Source: Porphyridium purpureum (Eukaryota). Taken from it: DNA of 64,000 bases. The DNA lies in NCBI GenBank assembly GCA_008690995.1, contig VRMN01000004.1:1116001-1180000 (forward strand), written 5' to 3'. Positions 62,913 through 64,000 of the stretch are shown piece after piece (within the stretch, counting starts at the first letter, position 1; each line of letters begins with the position of its first letter). The notes under the pieces are model-generated. The model was not told where the DNA came from, searched no databases, and saw nothing but the letters and a program-made list of their open reading frames with translations. A program made the position numbers and the translations under genes.

Positions 62913-63710
62913 CTAGTACTGGGTCTTGAGCCACAGGGTGACAATAAGGCCAATCAGAAGCGACAGGAGCGAGTTTGACGCGGCCTGGATGACAAGAAGG
63001 TCGATAGGCTGTAAACTCGCAGTGAGGTTTGCGTATGCGCCACTAGAGTAGCGGTTGGTGTTGGTGAAGATTCGAGTCAGAAGGGTGCCGTTGAGTCCCT
63101 GAAGCCCAATCACGGTTGCCAGCAGCCCTGCCAAGCAGACCAGCGTGCCCACGTACAGCGAGCGCGAGATAAAGGGTCGAGAGATCTTGTCCCTCTGGTT
63201 CGCAATGTCCTTGAGCTGGAGCATGCAACGGTATCCGATACGCGTGTACCCATAGGTCCACAGAATCGCGACGATCGAGAAACACGCGCCGACGGTTGTG
63301 AACACCATCGCGAGCTTGGTTATACCGTTGATCGACACAGAACCCTCGACGGAAGGAAACGCTAGCGCAAAGCCGAGGATCACGGCCGAGACGATGGTCA
63401 GTGCGAGCTGCAGCCAAAACGCAATCCAGCCGAGCTTCCAAAAGACGACAGACGCCCGCTTAAAATTAATTTCCTGGGCACCCTTTCCCACTGCCATGGA
63501 CGGAGCAACGTCCTTTGCCAGCTTCTGCTCTTCATTGCTCATGCGCAGCGCAGCAGCTGATCGCACGCACGGCACACGCGTGCGCTCCCGTCGGCGCAGC
63601 ACGACATCACCTCGCGATCCCGCGCAAACCAACGACGTCCTTTGCCGCGAGTGTGCGAAATATCCACCGGGCGCTTGCAGGAGCCCGTTCACAAATGCCA
63701 CCGGCGCCAT
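62913..63710 (-). CDS. DUF3611 / Tic21-like plastid envelope membrane protein
   Basis: Transit peptide; GWIAFWLQLAL..VS..IL, L.G.L.TVIGLQ...G.L and PIDLLVIQA..N. Confidence 0.82.
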   Translation of the reverse strand: MAPVAFVNGLLQAPGGYFAHSRQRTSLVCAGSRGDVVLRRRERTRVPCVRSAAALRMSNEEQKLAKDVAPSMAVGKGAQEINFKRASVVFWKLGWIAFWLQLALTIVSAVILGFALAFPSVEGSVSINGITKLAMVFTTVGACFSIVAILWTYGYTRIGYRCMLQLKDIANQRDKISRPFISRSLYVGTLVCLAGLLATVIGLQGLNGTLLTRIFTNTNRYSSGAYANLTASLQPIDLLVIQAASNSLLSLLIGLIVTLWLKTQY

Positions 63711-64000
63711 TGACTCGTCACACTCTCACACCCGCACGTCTCATCGCTTCTCCCACGCTCGCGTCTCGCAACCAACCCAAACTCTCGCGCTTCACACCCA
63801 ACCAACCCACTGTACCGTACTGTACCTTCACACCAAAACATCACTGTACTCCACGTTCAGTTGCTATGATCAATCGAGCCATTTTTATGGCGAGGCAGCG
63901 GTTTCAAATCGTCTAGTAGAACGCAATGCTTTTTGCAGTAATGTGGTAAGCTGGTGAACGGAGTAGATTTTTTGCGGGGAAAGGTGGTGTGTGTTTGTGT

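Overview
Gene-dense, almost intron-free eukaryotic nuclear DNA. Plastid transit peptides on nuclear genes and the compact layout suggest a unicellular red alga, possibly Porphyridium-like; this is an inference. About 30 host genes are supported, including two tandem cyclin-like genes (one with an in-frame stop), a GT23 fucosyltransferase, La, CDC20, plastid glutamine synthetase, a sirtuin, a GHKL-ATPase/HExxH giant protein, a plastid phosphate translocator, presenilin, COX17 (one intron), HAP2/GCS1, COA5, USP22/Ubp8, RRP4 and biotin synthase. Positions 22759-33636 hold two nested, recent LTR retrotransposons: an intact Ty3/gypsy element inserted into the RNase H of an outer element. The outer element looks chimeric, with gypsy-type Gag, protease, PBS and -1 frameshift joined to copia-order INT-RT-RH. 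Its LTRs end in non-canonical CG...CG, delimited by a perfect 5-bp TSD. The other standout is the sirtuin and the GHKL-ATPase gene, whose only available start codons overlap on opposite strands in one CCATGG palindrome.
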